Shown in pieces: positions 53,626 through 63,503 of a stretch of DNA of 64,000 bases. The stretch is from positions 4,759 to 68,758 of the forward strand of contig CAIMNS010000049.1 in NCBI GenBank assembly GCA_903842945.1. The letters are read 5' to 3'. The notes beneath the pieces are model-generated. The model searched no databases, was not told where the DNA came from, and saw nothing but the letters and a program-made list of their open reading frames with translations. The position numbers and the translations under genes were made by a program. Numbering within the stretch: position 1 is the first letter of the stretch; each line of letters opens with the position of its first letter. Origin of the DNA: an uncultured Burkholderiales bacterium. Lineage in GTDB: Bacteria; Pseudomonadota; Gammaproteobacteria; Burkholderiales; Burkholderiaceae_C.

Positions 53626-54342
53626 ATGAGCCTCAACAAGCCCTATAGATACGCGATTTATTTTGCTGGGGAGCCCCAAAGTGAGTTGTGGACTTTGGGC
53701 ACTCAATGGCTTGGCAGATGCTCTATGGGTGCAGAGGTTCCAGGCTTTGCAAGGATCAACCCACTCAATAGAGAATGGAGGTGGAAGATGACCCAACATC
53801 CTAGGCGCTACGGTTGGCATGCCACTTTGAAAGCTCCCTTTAGATTGAAAAAGGATTTAAGTGTCGAAACTTTATTGGCTGAGTTGCAACAGTTGAGCCA
53901 TGAGTTAACGGTTTTTGAGCTTCCTCTTTTGGAGGTCAAGAGACTGAAAAATTTTTTAGCTCTTGCGCCTCTTGAAAACCAGCGCGGTATTGAAAAAATC
54001 GCTGCTGCAGCCCAACAATGTGTTGAACATTTGAGTCCATGTGCAGAGTCTTTGACAGCATCGGAAATTGCCTACAGAAATGAATCAAGGTTAAGCGAAC
54101 GCGAGCAAGTTCTTTTGCAGCAGTGGGGGTATCCTTATGTCAAAGAGCTCTATCAATTCCACTTCACATTGTCTGACGGCTTGGATACATCGAGTGCACT
54201 TGAAATTCATGAGTTGACGCATGCAGCAAAAGCATGGTTTGATTTTGCACAACCTTTGCGATTTGATCGCATTGCACTTTTTGTAGAGGAAAGCAAAGGA
54301 CAAGACTTTAAATTTTTAACTGACTTTGTGATCCCCCAATGA
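53626..54342 (+). CDS. DUF1045 (2H phosphodiesterase-like) phosphonate-associated protein
   Basis: RYAIYF, PRRYGWHATLKAPF, GYPYV...QFHFTLS (two HxT motifs). Confidence 0.9.
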   Translation: MSLNKPYRYAIYFAGEPQSELWTLGTQWLGRCSMGAEVPGFARINPLNREWRWKMTQHPRRYGWHATLKAPFRLKKDLSVETLLAELQQLSHELTVFELPLLEVKRLKNFLALAPLENQRGIEKIAAAAQQCVEHLSPCAESLTASEIAYRNESRLSEREQVLLQQWGYPYVKELYQFHFTLSDGLDTSSALEIHELTHAAKAWFDFAQPLRFDRIALFVEESKGQDFKFLTDFVIPQ

Positions 54343-54893
54343 GTGCCAAGCTGATCTACGTGATGGGTCCATCGGGAGCTGGAAAGGACAGCTTGATGAG
54401 ATGGGTGATGCACAACAAGAACGCTTCAATGAAGCTCCATTGGGCCAAGAGACTTGTGACCCGACATTGGCCTCAAGGTGAGGGGAGCGATGAGCATGTG
54501 AGCCTAGAGGTTTTCGAAAAATTGCTAGAAAATCAAGCTCTTGCCATGCATTGGTTTGCTCATGACCTTCATTACGGCATCTTGAACAGTGAATTGATGA
54601 GCCATCCACCTGATGCTTGGCTTTTGATCAATGGATCAAGGGCCTATTTTTCTAGAGCCCTTGAGCTTTACCCTCAATTGCTTGCGATTCACATCACGGC
54701 CAGCACGCCAACGCTTGAAGAACGGTTGAATCAACGTGCCAGGGAATCAGAAGACAAGATTTCATCGAGATTGACCAGGCCTCAGTTGGTCAAGCCCGAG
54801 GGAGATGTTCCTTGGCTAGACGTCCTCAATGAGGGTGATCTCAAGGACGGTGGGCAACAAATCCTATCGTTCCTCAGCACAAGGCACTTTTGA
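54339..54893 (+). CDS. phnN: Ribose 1,5-bisphosphate phosphokinase
   Basis: VMGPSGAGKDSL, W.AH.L.YG, NGSRAY, RL..R.RE. Confidence 0.92.
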   Translation: MSAKLIYVMGPSGAGKDSLMRWVMHNKNASMKLHWAKRLVTRHWPQGEGSDEHVSLEVFEKLLENQALAMHWFAHDLHYGILNSELMSHPPDAWLLINGSRAYFSRALELYPQLLAIHITASTPTLEERLNQRARESEDKISSRLTRPQLVKPEGDVPWLDVLNEGDLKDGGQQILSFLSTRHF

Positions 54894-54896
54894 GAG

Positions 54897-55427
54897 TCAG
54901 ACCGCTCTTCGAATGTTTTGCTTTTCGTTGAGGATGGCCCAACGCTCATGGTCCCGCCATTGCCCATTTTTTTTGATGAATTTTGGGCTGTAGCCTTCTT
55001 TCAAAAAGCCACATGAATGGGCCAATGCAATCGAGGCGGTGTTGTCGGGTTGTATGTTGGCTTCAAGCCGGTGAAGCTTTAAGTGGTGAAAGGCCAATTG
55101 GATGACTTGATGGACAGCCAATCGCATGAATCCTTGCTTCAAGTGCCCGACAAATCCATAGTAAGTGATGTAGCTGTTTTTAAAATCATACATATAAATA
55201 TCGCGCAACTCAACAACGCCCACCATCTCGCGGGTCAGGGTATGGATCGCCCCATAAGCTCGATGGCTTGGGGTGCTCATTTCTTTGATGTAGGCTCTGA
55301 ACTCTTGGTTGGTGGAGGGGGTTTGCACCCAAGGCTTCAAAAGTTGATGACTTTGTCGCTGTTTGAACAAGTAAACCTTGGCATCTTCTTGATCAAGAGG
55401 CCTGATCTGAATGGGGGATTGACTCAA
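54897..55427 (-). CDS. RimJ/RimL family N-acetyltransferase
   Basis: LKLHRLEANIQPDNTASIALA..CGF.KEGYS, WRDHERWAI. Confidence 0.88.
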   Translation of the reverse strand: MSQSPIQIRPLDQEDAKVYLFKQRQSHQLLKPWVQTPSTNQEFRAYIKEMSTPSHRAYGAIHTLTREMVGVVELRDIYMYDFKNSYITYYGFVGHLKQGFMRLAVHQVIQLAFHHLKLHRLEANIQPDNTASIALAHSCGFLKEGYSPKFIKKNGQWRDHERWAILNEKQNIRRAV

Positions 55428-55511
55428 AATTGTTGTTCCTGATTGACCTAGACGCCTAAAACATTGACCCGTAGGATCCTTGAGTGTTGGACCATGAGCT
55501 CGAGAGTGAGC

Positions 55512-56822
55512 TTACAGATTCCTTTTCAAGCGCCTTTTTTCAAAATGCTTCAATGCCCCGTAGGTCAAGATACCTACGAGGGCTGAGCACAACAAAAAAG
55601 CACCATAAGCAACTGGCCAAGGGGTACCCTCGGTCATCATTGAAAATTCTGACATACCGCCAATGCCAGCCAAAATATTGATGGGCATGAACACCACACT
55701 AAAAACCGTCAATTGATTGACTCGTTTGTTTTGATTGATGTTGATGAAACCAATGGTCGCATCCATCAGGAAATTGATCTTGTCAAATAAAAAAGCGGTG
55801 TGGTTGTTCAGTGAGTCAATGTTTCTTTGAATTTCCTTGGAGTCTGAATTCTGATTGACCGTGAGCAATCGACCACGCATCAGAAAGCTCAATGCTCTTT
55901 GTGTATCCAAGATGTTGCTTCTGATGCGCCCATTGTGGTCCTCTTCCTCTGCAATGTCCGCCAAGATGCCTGCTGCTTCTTGATCCGTGATGGTTTCACT
56001 CAAAACATGTCGGCCTACAACGCCTAGCTTTGCGTAAATTTTTTCCAATGAGTCGGCTGAAACCTCGACGTCTGCGCCATAGAGTTCAAGCAACAGGTCG
56101 ATGCTGTCTGAAACGTAACCGGGTTGAGTCAACGCCCGCTTGCGTTGCAACCTGAAAACCGGGAGTTCTTCATTTCTCATTGAAAAAAGAATGCCGCCAT
56201 GCAAGATGAACGTGACTGGGACACTTCTTGAGTCGCCTCCTTCATCCAGAAGAAAGTTGGAATGCAAGTGAATGTTGTCTTGTTCGTCGACATAAAATCT
56301 AGCACTGACCTCAAGATCGGTGGCCTCAACGGGTTCAGGCAATTCAAGACCAAAATGGGCGCCGATGAAAACCCTTTCCGCTTTGCTGGGGTTGATCAAG
56401 TCGACCCAAATCGGCTTGGCCACCTCGATGTCTTTGCGAGCAGATACAGGGATGTGTCTTAATCGATCCTCAAACAAATCGTAGACGTTGATCTTGCTTT
56501 GGGCGAAATCGGGCTGTTTGTCCCCGACGAGTTCTGTTCTTCTGACTTCAGACAGCTCCCAAAGGACCTCATTTTCCAGGTCCGGGGGGAGTTTGGACCA
56601 CAGCCTCTTTGCGTCTTGCAAGTTCAAGGACTCTAAACAATGACCCAGTTCAGGGGGTGTTTGCTTAGAGATAAAGTTTTGTAACTCGGCATGGTGCTGC
56701 TTTTGAATCAGCGTTTGAACAAAATCATGGCGATTCATTTTTTGGTTGTTGATCATGCCATCAATCAGTTTTTGTTTGCCCATCATCTCAATGAGTTGTT
56801 CAATAGACATCGATGAACCCAA
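55512..56822 (-). CDS. corA: CorA-family divalent cation transporter with MgtE-like N-terminal domain
   Basis: PIWVDL, IEASARF-like LEVSARF, LFDKINFLMDA..GFINI.QN, GGMS signature. N-terminal LIQKQHHAELQ...PPEL..CLESL. Confidence 0.88.
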   Translation of the reverse strand: MGSSMSIEQLIEMMGKQKLIDGMINNQKMNRHDFVQTLIQKQHHAELQNFISKQTPPELGHCLESLNLQDAKRLWSKLPPDLENEVLWELSEVRRTELVGDKQPDFAQSKINVYDLFEDRLRHIPVSARKDIEVAKPIWVDLINPSKAERVFIGAHFGLELPEPVEATDLEVSARFYVDEQDNIHLHSNFLLDEGGDSRSVPVTFILHGGILFSMRNEELPVFRLQRKRALTQPGYVSDSIDLLLELYGADVEVSADSLEKIYAKLGVVGRHVLSETITDQEAAGILADIAEEEDHNGRIRSNILDTQRALSFLMRGRLLTVNQNSDSKEIQRNIDSLNNHTAFLFDKINFLMDATIGFININQNKRVNQLTVFSVVFMPINILAGIGGMSEFSMMTEGTPWPVAYGAFLLCSALVGILTYGALKHFEKRRLKRNL

Positions 56823-57357
56823 AATTTCTCATTGAAGTGCGGTGGTTGAGGAGGGTGAATGAACAGTTTTAATCACCAAGCCCATTGTAAATCAAGGGCC
56901 ATGGGTCTGGATCGTTTCTAAGTCTAGGCAGATTCTGTGAAATCGAATGCCTGTGCGCTTTGGGCCTATTGGAAAAGAAAGCGCATTGAATTGTCGGGCT
57001 GAAGTTCCAGGGTTTTGATGCCTTGTCACCTATGCATGAAAAAGTAATATATTTCAATTCGTATATTAAATTTTTATTAAAAACTTCTAATTCTTGAATT
57101 TATTTAGAAGGATGTCTTTTTTTTGATCATGCTTGAGTTCCTTTCTGTGACGTTTTGATTTCAAAAATAAGTACAAATGGTGTCATGTTGCATTGCGTCA
57201 ACAATTGATAGAGGATCTCAACAATTCAATTGCACGCACATTCAAAAGCAATTCAAATACGTTCAACTTACAGAACGGTAAGTTCCTTATTTGTTCAAAG
57301 CTGATTTATTAAATTGGTTTCGAGCGTTGAGTCTTTTTAAACTTGGAGAATTTTGAT

Positions 57358-58494
57358 ATGAAAAAAACACTTGTTGCAATCGCTGCTTTAGCATCTTTGG
57401 TCTCAGTTGCCCAAGCCCAGTCTTCTATGGTCCTTTATGGCGTGTTAGATGCTGGTGTACGCAACGATTCAAACGTTGCTAAAGCATCAACAGGCGCTGC
57501 ACAGTCTTTGACACAGTTCAACAACGGTGCTTTGAACACATCACGTTTCGGTATCCGTGGTACCCAAGACGTTGCTGATGGTATCAAAGCCAACTTTAAG
57601 CTTGAGAGTGGTTTAAAGCCTGGTAACGGCGCATCTTCAAATGCAACAAATTTGTTTGACCGCACAGCCAGTGTTGGTTTGCAAAACAGCTTGGGTTCTT
57701 TGGATTTGGGTCGTGTGACAACATTTGCATACGACACAACTGCTTCTTACACCATCGATCCATTGGGCTTGGAGATGACCAACAACAACCAAGTCGCTGG
57801 TGTCAAGGCGATCAACGTCAATCCCTTGGGAACAGCCATTGGAAGCGGTTTCTTTACATCACGTAGAGACAACTCCATGAAGTACATGGGCACGTTCGGT
57901 CCAGTTTCTGCTGGTTTTGCTTATTCTTTTGGTAACGTTTCTGGCAATTCAACTGCTGGCTCATCTGCTCAAGTCATGGCCAAATACAGTGCCAATGGTT
58001 TGAACTTGGCAGCCACCACTGACAGCTTGACCGACGCAACTTCACTCAAGCAAACTTTGACGACTTTCGGCGGCAACTACACCATCTCTGGTGTTAAGTT
58101 GACTGCTGGTACAGTTCAATTGAAGACGCCTGCTGGTTACAATGCAGTTGCTGGCGTTTTGAGTGGTTCAACTTATGCTGGTCCTTCTACGTTCTTGGTT
58201 GGCGCTGCCGCAACAGCAGATACCAAAATGACCGTTAACGATATTGGTTTGACATACCAAGTGACTACAGAGATGAATTTGGCCGTTGCTTACTACACAG
58301 CCAAGTTTGAGCAAAATGCACTCTCAAACACCTTCAACACAACAGCTGCACGTGTTCGTTACGCAGTGGGTAAGACCACAGATATCTACGGCGAAATCGA
58401 TAACACCAAAGCAACTGGCATGGATGTCTCCAAGTCTGCTGCTGCTAGTTTGTCAAACTCTGGCTACACCATCGGTTTACAACACCGTTTCTAA
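57358..58494 (+). CDS. Gram-negative trimeric porin
   Basis: MKKTLVAIAA signal, LYGVLD, SRFGIRG, F.LESG, LFDR.A.VGL, terminal IGLQHRF. Confidence 0.95.
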   Translation: MKKTLVAIAALASLVSVAQAQSSMVLYGVLDAGVRNDSNVAKASTGAAQSLTQFNNGALNTSRFGIRGTQDVADGIKANFKLESGLKPGNGASSNATNLFDRTASVGLQNSLGSLDLGRVTTFAYDTTASYTIDPLGLEMTNNNQVAGVKAINVNPLGTAIGSGFFTSRRDNSMKYMGTFGPVSAGFAYSFGNVSGNSTAGSSAQVMAKYSANGLNLAATTDSLTDATSLKQTLTTFGGNYTISGVKLTAGTVQLKTPAGYNAVAGVLSGSTYAGPSTFLVGAAATADTKMTVNDIGLTYQVTTEMNLAVAYYTAKFEQNALSNTFNTTAARVRYAVGKTTDIYGEIDNTKATGMDVSKSAAASLSNSGYTIGLQHRF

Positions 58495-58652
58495 GCACTT
58501 GAAATTTGCTAGCCAAGCTTGAGTGGATGGATTCAAATCTGCCCTCAGCTTGAGTTAGCTCGGTTCATGTTTTGAAAACTCCTGGTTTTTTTGCTCCAAT
58601 CAAGTGTTGATTGGAGCACCTCGATTATGTCAAGTTCTTCACGGAACTTTTT

Positions 58653-58685
58653 AGCCCGCTCAGCAAAACTGAGTGGGTTTTTTTT
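58653..58685 (+). terminator. Intrinsic terminator downstream of the porin
   Basis: AGCCCGCTCAG-CAAAA-CTGAGTGGGTT followed by a T tract. Confidence 0.82.
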
Positions 58686-58712
58686 ATCTTTTACGCTTGC
58701 ATCAACAGTGAA

Positions 58713-59912
58713 TCAAAGCTCATGAATGCGTTGTGGGAACTGATGCAGTCTTTCTGAGCCATCGATGTCACCCACCAAGAAATCATCACACGACCAACTG
58801 TAGGTTCTCTCAGTGGTGTAAGTGGGGTGAGCAGCCATGACCATGTTCTTGGCAATTTTCATGGTCTCATCCATTCTGACCAAAGGTCGCTCTACCATGT
58901 CGTAGCCTTGTCCATGGCAATGGAGTCGTTTTTCTTCAGGGCGACCATGCTCTCGCATGTATTGATTGTAGGCCTGCCAGATGTCTGCACAATCCGCTCC
59001 GGGTTTGAGAAGCGAAGCGGTGAACTTTTGGGCTTGGAGGACAAACTCGTACTCTTCTTTCATCTCACTTGTGGCTTTGCCCAAGACGCATGTTCTGCCA
59101 AGCTCAGTGTAGTAGCCTCCTGCGCCAGAGTTCTCAATCAAGAGGGTGAATTGGTCTCCCTCTTTGATCACCCGATTTTGTTGATGGCGATTGGCAAAAA
59201 CCGGTGGCACACCTAGGGGGCTAGAAGCGCAAAGGAAAAGCCCTTGCTCACTGCCAAAGTCATGACCCACTTGCTCTGCAATGGCTGCCACTTGAAGGTC
59301 TGTCATACCCGGCCTGATTTGATCAAAGACAGCTTGCATAGCGGTGTCTTGCATGTGGGCTACTCGGCGTAAAAAGGAGATTTCTTCTGCACTTTTGACG
59401 CATTTGATGTGATCCACCATCTCCGACTCATCGCTGAAGATGGCGTTGGCCAAGGCTCCTTTTTTCAAGGTGTCCACCAAAGCGTAAGAGATGGCCGCAA
59501 CACCCAGCAAACCAATTTTTGCGTGGGCATAGTTGCTCAGTGCTTTTTCTGCAAGTTTTGCATCGTAGGATGCGGTGAAATGGGCCGACGCATAGCTTGG
59601 TGTGCCCATGAATTTGGACACGCCACGACGCAAGAGGTCATCCTCATGGGCAAATTCTCGCACCATGTTGAAGGGGCCTTGACCTATCACGGTCATTCGG
59701 TCATCGACTGGAAAAATCACCGTCACACAGTAACCGTTGGTGGCAGGCACGTCGGTGAAGTACTTGATGTAGCCCCCCATGAAGTCATTGTTGGCCTGCA
59801 TCACCAGCACATCGATGTGTCGCTCTCGCATCGCCGCCCTGATAGCAGCCCATCGTCTTTCAAGCTCGGCGTTTGAGATGGGAGAGTTGATTTTTTCCAA
59901 TTGAGCGTTCAT
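58713..59912 (-). CDS. M24 (creatinase/aminopeptidase P fold) hydrolase with atypical ligand set
   Basis: Creatinase-like N-domain (ERRW.AIR.AM.E..IDVL), VKSAEEI, GYYTELGRT, HCHGQG. Confidence 0.8.
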   Translation of the reverse strand: MNAQLEKINSPISNAELERRWAAIRAAMRERHIDVLVMQANNDFMGGYIKYFTDVPATNGYCVTVIFPVDDRMTVIGQGPFNMVREFAHEDDLLRRGVSKFMGTPSYASAHFTASYDAKLAEKALSNYAHAKIGLLGVAAISYALVDTLKKGALANAIFSDESEMVDHIKCVKSAEEISFLRRVAHMQDTAMQAVFDQIRPGMTDLQVAAIAEQVGHDFGSEQGLFLCASSPLGVPPVFANRHQQNRVIKEGDQFTLLIENSGAGGYYTELGRTCVLGKATSEMKEEYEFVLQAQKFTASLLKPGADCADIWQAYNQYMREHGRPEEKRLHCHGQGYDMVERPLVRMDETMKIAKNMVMAAHPTYTTERTYSWSCDDFLVGDIDGSERLHQFPQRIHEL

Positions 59913-59951
59913 GTTGACGGTTGTCCAGTAGGTAAAAAAATGCTGATAGGC

Positions 59952-60926
59952 TTAGCTTGAATTGGCTTGGGCCGCTTGAACCACATTGATCATTTGATGG
60001 AAGTCTCCACGTTCAAAGCACTCCAGATTGGTTTGAATCACAGGAATGGCTTCATGGACATAGCCATCGTAAAAGCCACCTTGGTGCGGGGTCACGATCA
60101 CATTTCGCATACCCCAAAACACATGCTCAGCAGGCAAGGGCTCTTGCTCAAACACGTCCAATGCAGCCGCTTGAATGGTTTTGTTGTCCAAGGCTTTGAT
60201 CAGATCGCCTTCATGGACCACGCCTCCCCTGGCCAAGTTGATCAAGTAGCTTGATCTTTTCATGACCGAGAAGGTTCGTTCATTGATGATGCCATGTGTC
60301 TCTGGGGTATAGGGTGTGAGCAAGACCAAATAGTCCGCTTGTGCAATGGGTCCCAATGCATGGTGTCGGGAGTGAACTTCATCAAATCCATCCATCTCAC
60401 GCACCGTCGAGCTGATCCCAATGACACGCATCCCAAGAGCCTTGCATTTGGGTGCCAATTCGGCAGCAATGACGCCTGTGCCGTAGATGACGACGGTTTT
60501 GCCATGCAACAGGGTGGGTGGTATCTTTTTCTCCCATTTGCCAAGAAGTTGGTTTTCATAAATATTCCAAAGACCTCTGGACAAGGCAAACATCATGGAC
60601 AAGGCGGCCTCAGAAACAGGGGGCCCGTGGATGCCGTGTAAGTTGGTCACGGTCACACCTTTGCCCAAAGAGGGGCGATTGGTGATCCCATCCACCCCAG
60701 TTCCAAGGGCTTGGATCCATTGGAGACGTTTGGCTTTTTCAAGAACATGTTCAGCCATCATGGGGCCAAAGGTGATCAAGATATCGGCCGTTTCAATGAA
60801 GGGGTCGACCTTGCTGTGGTGGTCCACCAAGCTGACCTTGATGTTTTTACTCAAGGCGCTGACGCCTTCAAGGTATTGATGCCTGACTTGCTCGGGGAGG
60901 GTCAACAAGATGAGGATATGGATCAT
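59952..60926 (-). CDS. D-2-hydroxyacid dehydrogenase
   Basis: GTGVD, GTGVIA, INLARG, DVFEQEPL, TPHQGG. Start refined to ATG 60926. Confidence 0.92.
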   Translation of the reverse strand: MIHILILLTLPEQVRHQYLEGVSALSKNIKVSLVDHHSKVDPFIETADILITFGPMMAEHVLEKAKRLQWIQALGTGVDGITNRPSLGKGVTVTNLHGIHGPPVSEAALSMMFALSRGLWNIYENQLLGKWEKKIPPTLLHGKTVVIYGTGVIAAELAPKCKALGMRVIGISSTVREMDGFDEVHSRHHALGPIAQADYLVLLTPYTPETHGIINERTFSVMKRSSYLINLARGGVVHEGDLIKALDNKTIQAAALDVFEQEPLPAEHVFWGMRNVIVTPHQGGFYDGYVHEAIPVIQTNLECFERGDFHQMINVVQAAQANSS

Positions 60927-61168
60927 GCGTTGGTAGGGATGGTAAGGCGAGAACTTGAATTTCAATGGATGATCCAAGTCTTCAAAGTCTTCATGTTGAT
61001 TTTGAAAAAGGACGCTCTCAACGGCATCTGGGTGATTGCATTTTCAAAGAGACAGTTTACACAACATCTCACCCTCAGCGCACTGGTAGTAATACGGGTT
61101 TATCGAAAGTGTTGGAGCTTGATAATCAGGCAAGACAAGATCATCTGTTGAAATGTAAAGGATAGACA

Positions 61169-61669
61169 TTGAAAAACCTCTTGAACCTCGTGTTTCTCGT
61201 GCTTGGGTGTTGTGCTCAAACTGTATTTGCAGACGACAACAGCCGCATCGTTGGCAACTGGAAACTGGTCTCTGTTTTGTACGAAGATGCTCAAACCAAG
61301 GAACGCTTTCCAGTCTTAGGCGAGCATCCTCGTGGGTACCAAATTGCGACCGCTTCAGGGCGTTGGTTGGCGCTGGTCACCGCACAAGATCGAGCCATCC
61401 CCCGTACGGACGAAGAACGCGCCAAAGCCCTTAAAACCATGATTTCATATACCGGTCAATACCGAGTTGAGAAAGGACAGGTGGTGACCAAGGTGGAAGC
61501 CGCGTGGAACGAGTCCTGGGTTGGCACAGAACAAATCAGGGCCTATCGTTTTGAAGGCGACTTGTTGCATTTGGAGAGCCCACCTCAACCCCATCCCAAC
61601 ATCGATGGCCGAGTGGTCAAAATCATCGTCACATGGAGCGTGAGCCCTGAACGTTTGGCCTGTGCGTGA
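61169..61669 (+). CDS. Secreted lipocalin-like domain protein
   Basis: Signal peptide, IVGNWKLVS, MISYTGQY, W.G.EQ.R.YRFEGD.L.L. Confidence 0.8.
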   Translation: MKNLLNLVFLVLGCCAQTVFADDNSRIVGNWKLVSVLYEDAQTKERFPVLGEHPRGYQIATASGRWLALVTAQDRAIPRTDEERAKALKTMISYTGQYRVEKGQVVTKVEAAWNESWVGTEQIRAYRFEGDLLHLESPPQPHPNIDGRVVKIIVTWSVSPERLACA

Positions 61670-61757
61670 CCGGATGACCGTGAGTCCGGTGCTCACGTGG
61701 TTTTTTTTCGCCCAAGATCTGAGCCCTTCTGAATGGAGCAAGTTGATGGTGCGTGTG

Positions 61758-62270
61758 CTATTTTGGTGCAACCCAGAACCCAATATGGGGCAGTGTGGAT
61801 TCTTCAAGCAAAGCCGGTCCAATGCATTCAATGTCATGGGGGGATGATTTAAAGATATCACGGCAGGAGAGTTCCACATCTTTGGCTGTTGCGATCTGTC
61901 CCCTGAAGTCACGCAGCCTCACTGCATCAATTCCAAACACAACACGGCCAACGCCAGACCAAAAGATCGATCCCGCGCACATGACGCAAGGCTCACCAGA
62001 TGAGTAAATGGTCGCATTTTCAAGCGTGTGGCGGTCGTATTTGGCCCCTAAGTTTCTGACGGCGGTGGTTTCAGCATGCCCCGTGATGTCACCCGTTTCT
62101 GCGGTGTTGTTAAAGCCCTCGCTCAGAAGTTGACCTTCTTTAGAGATGATGACCGCACCAAAGGGGCGGTTGTTGCCAGATCGAGCCCGTTTTGACAATT
62201 CGATGGCTTGGCGTAAATATTTAGCGTCGGTGTCGTTGAGTGCGACTTCATCAAGTGCAGAGGTGGTCAT
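61758..62270 (-). CDS. Nucleoside/nucleobase deaminase (CDA superfamily, GuaD-like)
   Basis: PFGAVI, GHAE, GEPCVMC zinc motif. Confidence 0.9.
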   Translation of the reverse strand: MTTSALDEVALNDTDAKYLRQAIELSKRARSGNNRPFGAVIISKEGQLLSEGFNNTAETGDITGHAETTAVRNLGAKYDRHTLENATIYSSGEPCVMCAGSIFWSGVGRVVFGIDAVRLRDFRGQIATAKDVELSCRDIFKSSPHDIECIGPALLEESTLPHIGFWVAPK

Positions 62271-62357
62271 GTTGTTTTGAACAAAAAATAAGGGTTGAAG
62301 AAAGGGGGCAACTTTAAAAGTGAGCGTTGTTGAAGAGGGCGTTCCTTGAGTTTCAGG

Positions 62358-63380
62358 TCAGGTTTTGAACACCTCGGTTTCTCCGGCGGCCGTTAACAGG
62401 TCCATGAGTCTTTTTCGAATCAAAAGTCCAGGGCGATCGCTTGGCATAGAGAATTCAATGCCAAGGCGTTTTGCATCGATCACCGCATCGGGGTTGGTCG
62501 ATTCGAGAATGTCCTTGTCCTCACGGGTGATGACTTCATCAAAGTCGATGAGCATTTGAGCGGGGCAGTCCTCCTCTTTGTCATTTCTAAAGAGCCATTG
62601 GCACAGTTGAAGGTGACCGTCGTCGATCGGTGTGAACGCATTGAAAATAATATGGCGAACGCCTGAAGGGTACTCGATGTCAAGGCGTCTGCAAAAGGGT
62701 TCAAAATAAGCATTTCTCATGTGCCGAGTGGTGAGTGGGTTTTGATCTCCACTGATGCGTTGAAACTTCTCTGGGTTGGTCGCCGGTACAACCGTTTCCG
62801 CATAAAACCCCCGGTCCGTATCGACCAAGGTATAACTGCTGGGCTTGGGGTTAGAGGCGACGCCAAAAGTTGCGCGGTGAACAAAGCTAAAGTGAGCATT
62901 GTCAAACGAGTTCTCAAGAGCCCTCATGGGAGAGGTGGCCCAGGTCTCGTAGAACTGAAAAATGGTTCGGAATTTGGGGTCGTCAAACTCGGGTACGTCG
63001 GGGATGGGCGCCAAGGGCTCTCCCAAACAGACCCAAGCGTAGCCATATTTGGCTTGGGCGTGGTAGGCCGTTGTCCCCAACTGATCCGGGATGGGTTTGC
63101 CTGTCTCCCATTGGGGAATTTCAACCACTTTGCCCCGCCTGTCATAGGTCCAGCCATGGTAGCCGCATTGGATGCGACCCTTGTTGCTCCAGCCCTTGGA
63201 CAATTTGGCCGTGCGGTGACAACACCGGTCTTTCAAAGCTGCAGGCTCTCCCTTTTCATCTACAAACAGCACCAGATCAAGGCCAAGCAACTTGAAGGGC
63301 TTGGGGCCCCCATGCAAGAGGCTTAAAGGCATGACTGCATGCCAATAACGATGGAAAATGGGTTGTTGGGTGGTGAGCAT
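62358..63380 (-). CDS. Rieske non-heme iron oxygenase alpha subunit (VanA/NdmA-like)
   Basis: CCHR-X-CGYHGW Rieske motif, ENSFDNAHFSFVH mononuclear Fe ligands. Start refined to ATG 63380. Confidence 0.92.
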   Translation of the reverse strand: MLTTQQPIFHRYWHAVMPLSLLHGGPKPFKLLGLDLVLFVDEKGEPAALKDRCCHRTAKLSKGWSNKGRIQCGYHGWTYDRRGKVVEIPQWETGKPIPDQLGTTAYHAQAKYGYAWVCLGEPLAPIPDVPEFDDPKFRTIFQFYETWATSPMRALENSFDNAHFSFVHRATFGVASNPKPSSYTLVDTDRGFYAETVVPATNPEKFQRISGDQNPLTTRHMRNAYFEPFCRRLDIEYPSGVRHIIFNAFTPIDDGHLQLCQWLFRNDKEEDCPAQMLIDFDEVITREDKDILESTNPDAVIDAKRLGIEFSMPSDRPGLLIRKRLMDLLTAAGETEVFKT

Positions 63381-63469
63381 GTGAGATTCCTTCATTTCTT
63401 GTAGCAATTAGCATTCCAAACCCAAATGGGTTTGCTGTTGAAACCAATACCTGTCTCAGTCTTGATTTT

Positions 63470-63503
63470 TTGTCATCATTTCTTCACAATCCATGACTAA
63501 CAT
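63470..63503 (+). promoter_or_regulatory. Pho box promoter for the last gene
   Basis: TTGTCAT-CATT-TCTTCAC (63470-63487), 10 bp, then TAACAT (63498-63503). Confidence 0.78.

Noticed and set aside
56869-57057. 62-aa ORF upstream of corA as an MgtL-like leader
   Set aside because: No clustered Pro codons, RBS or attenuator structure evident.
57100-57357. Pho box upstream of the porin (GTGTCAT at about 57180)
   Set aside because: Single half-site with no partner 11 bp away.
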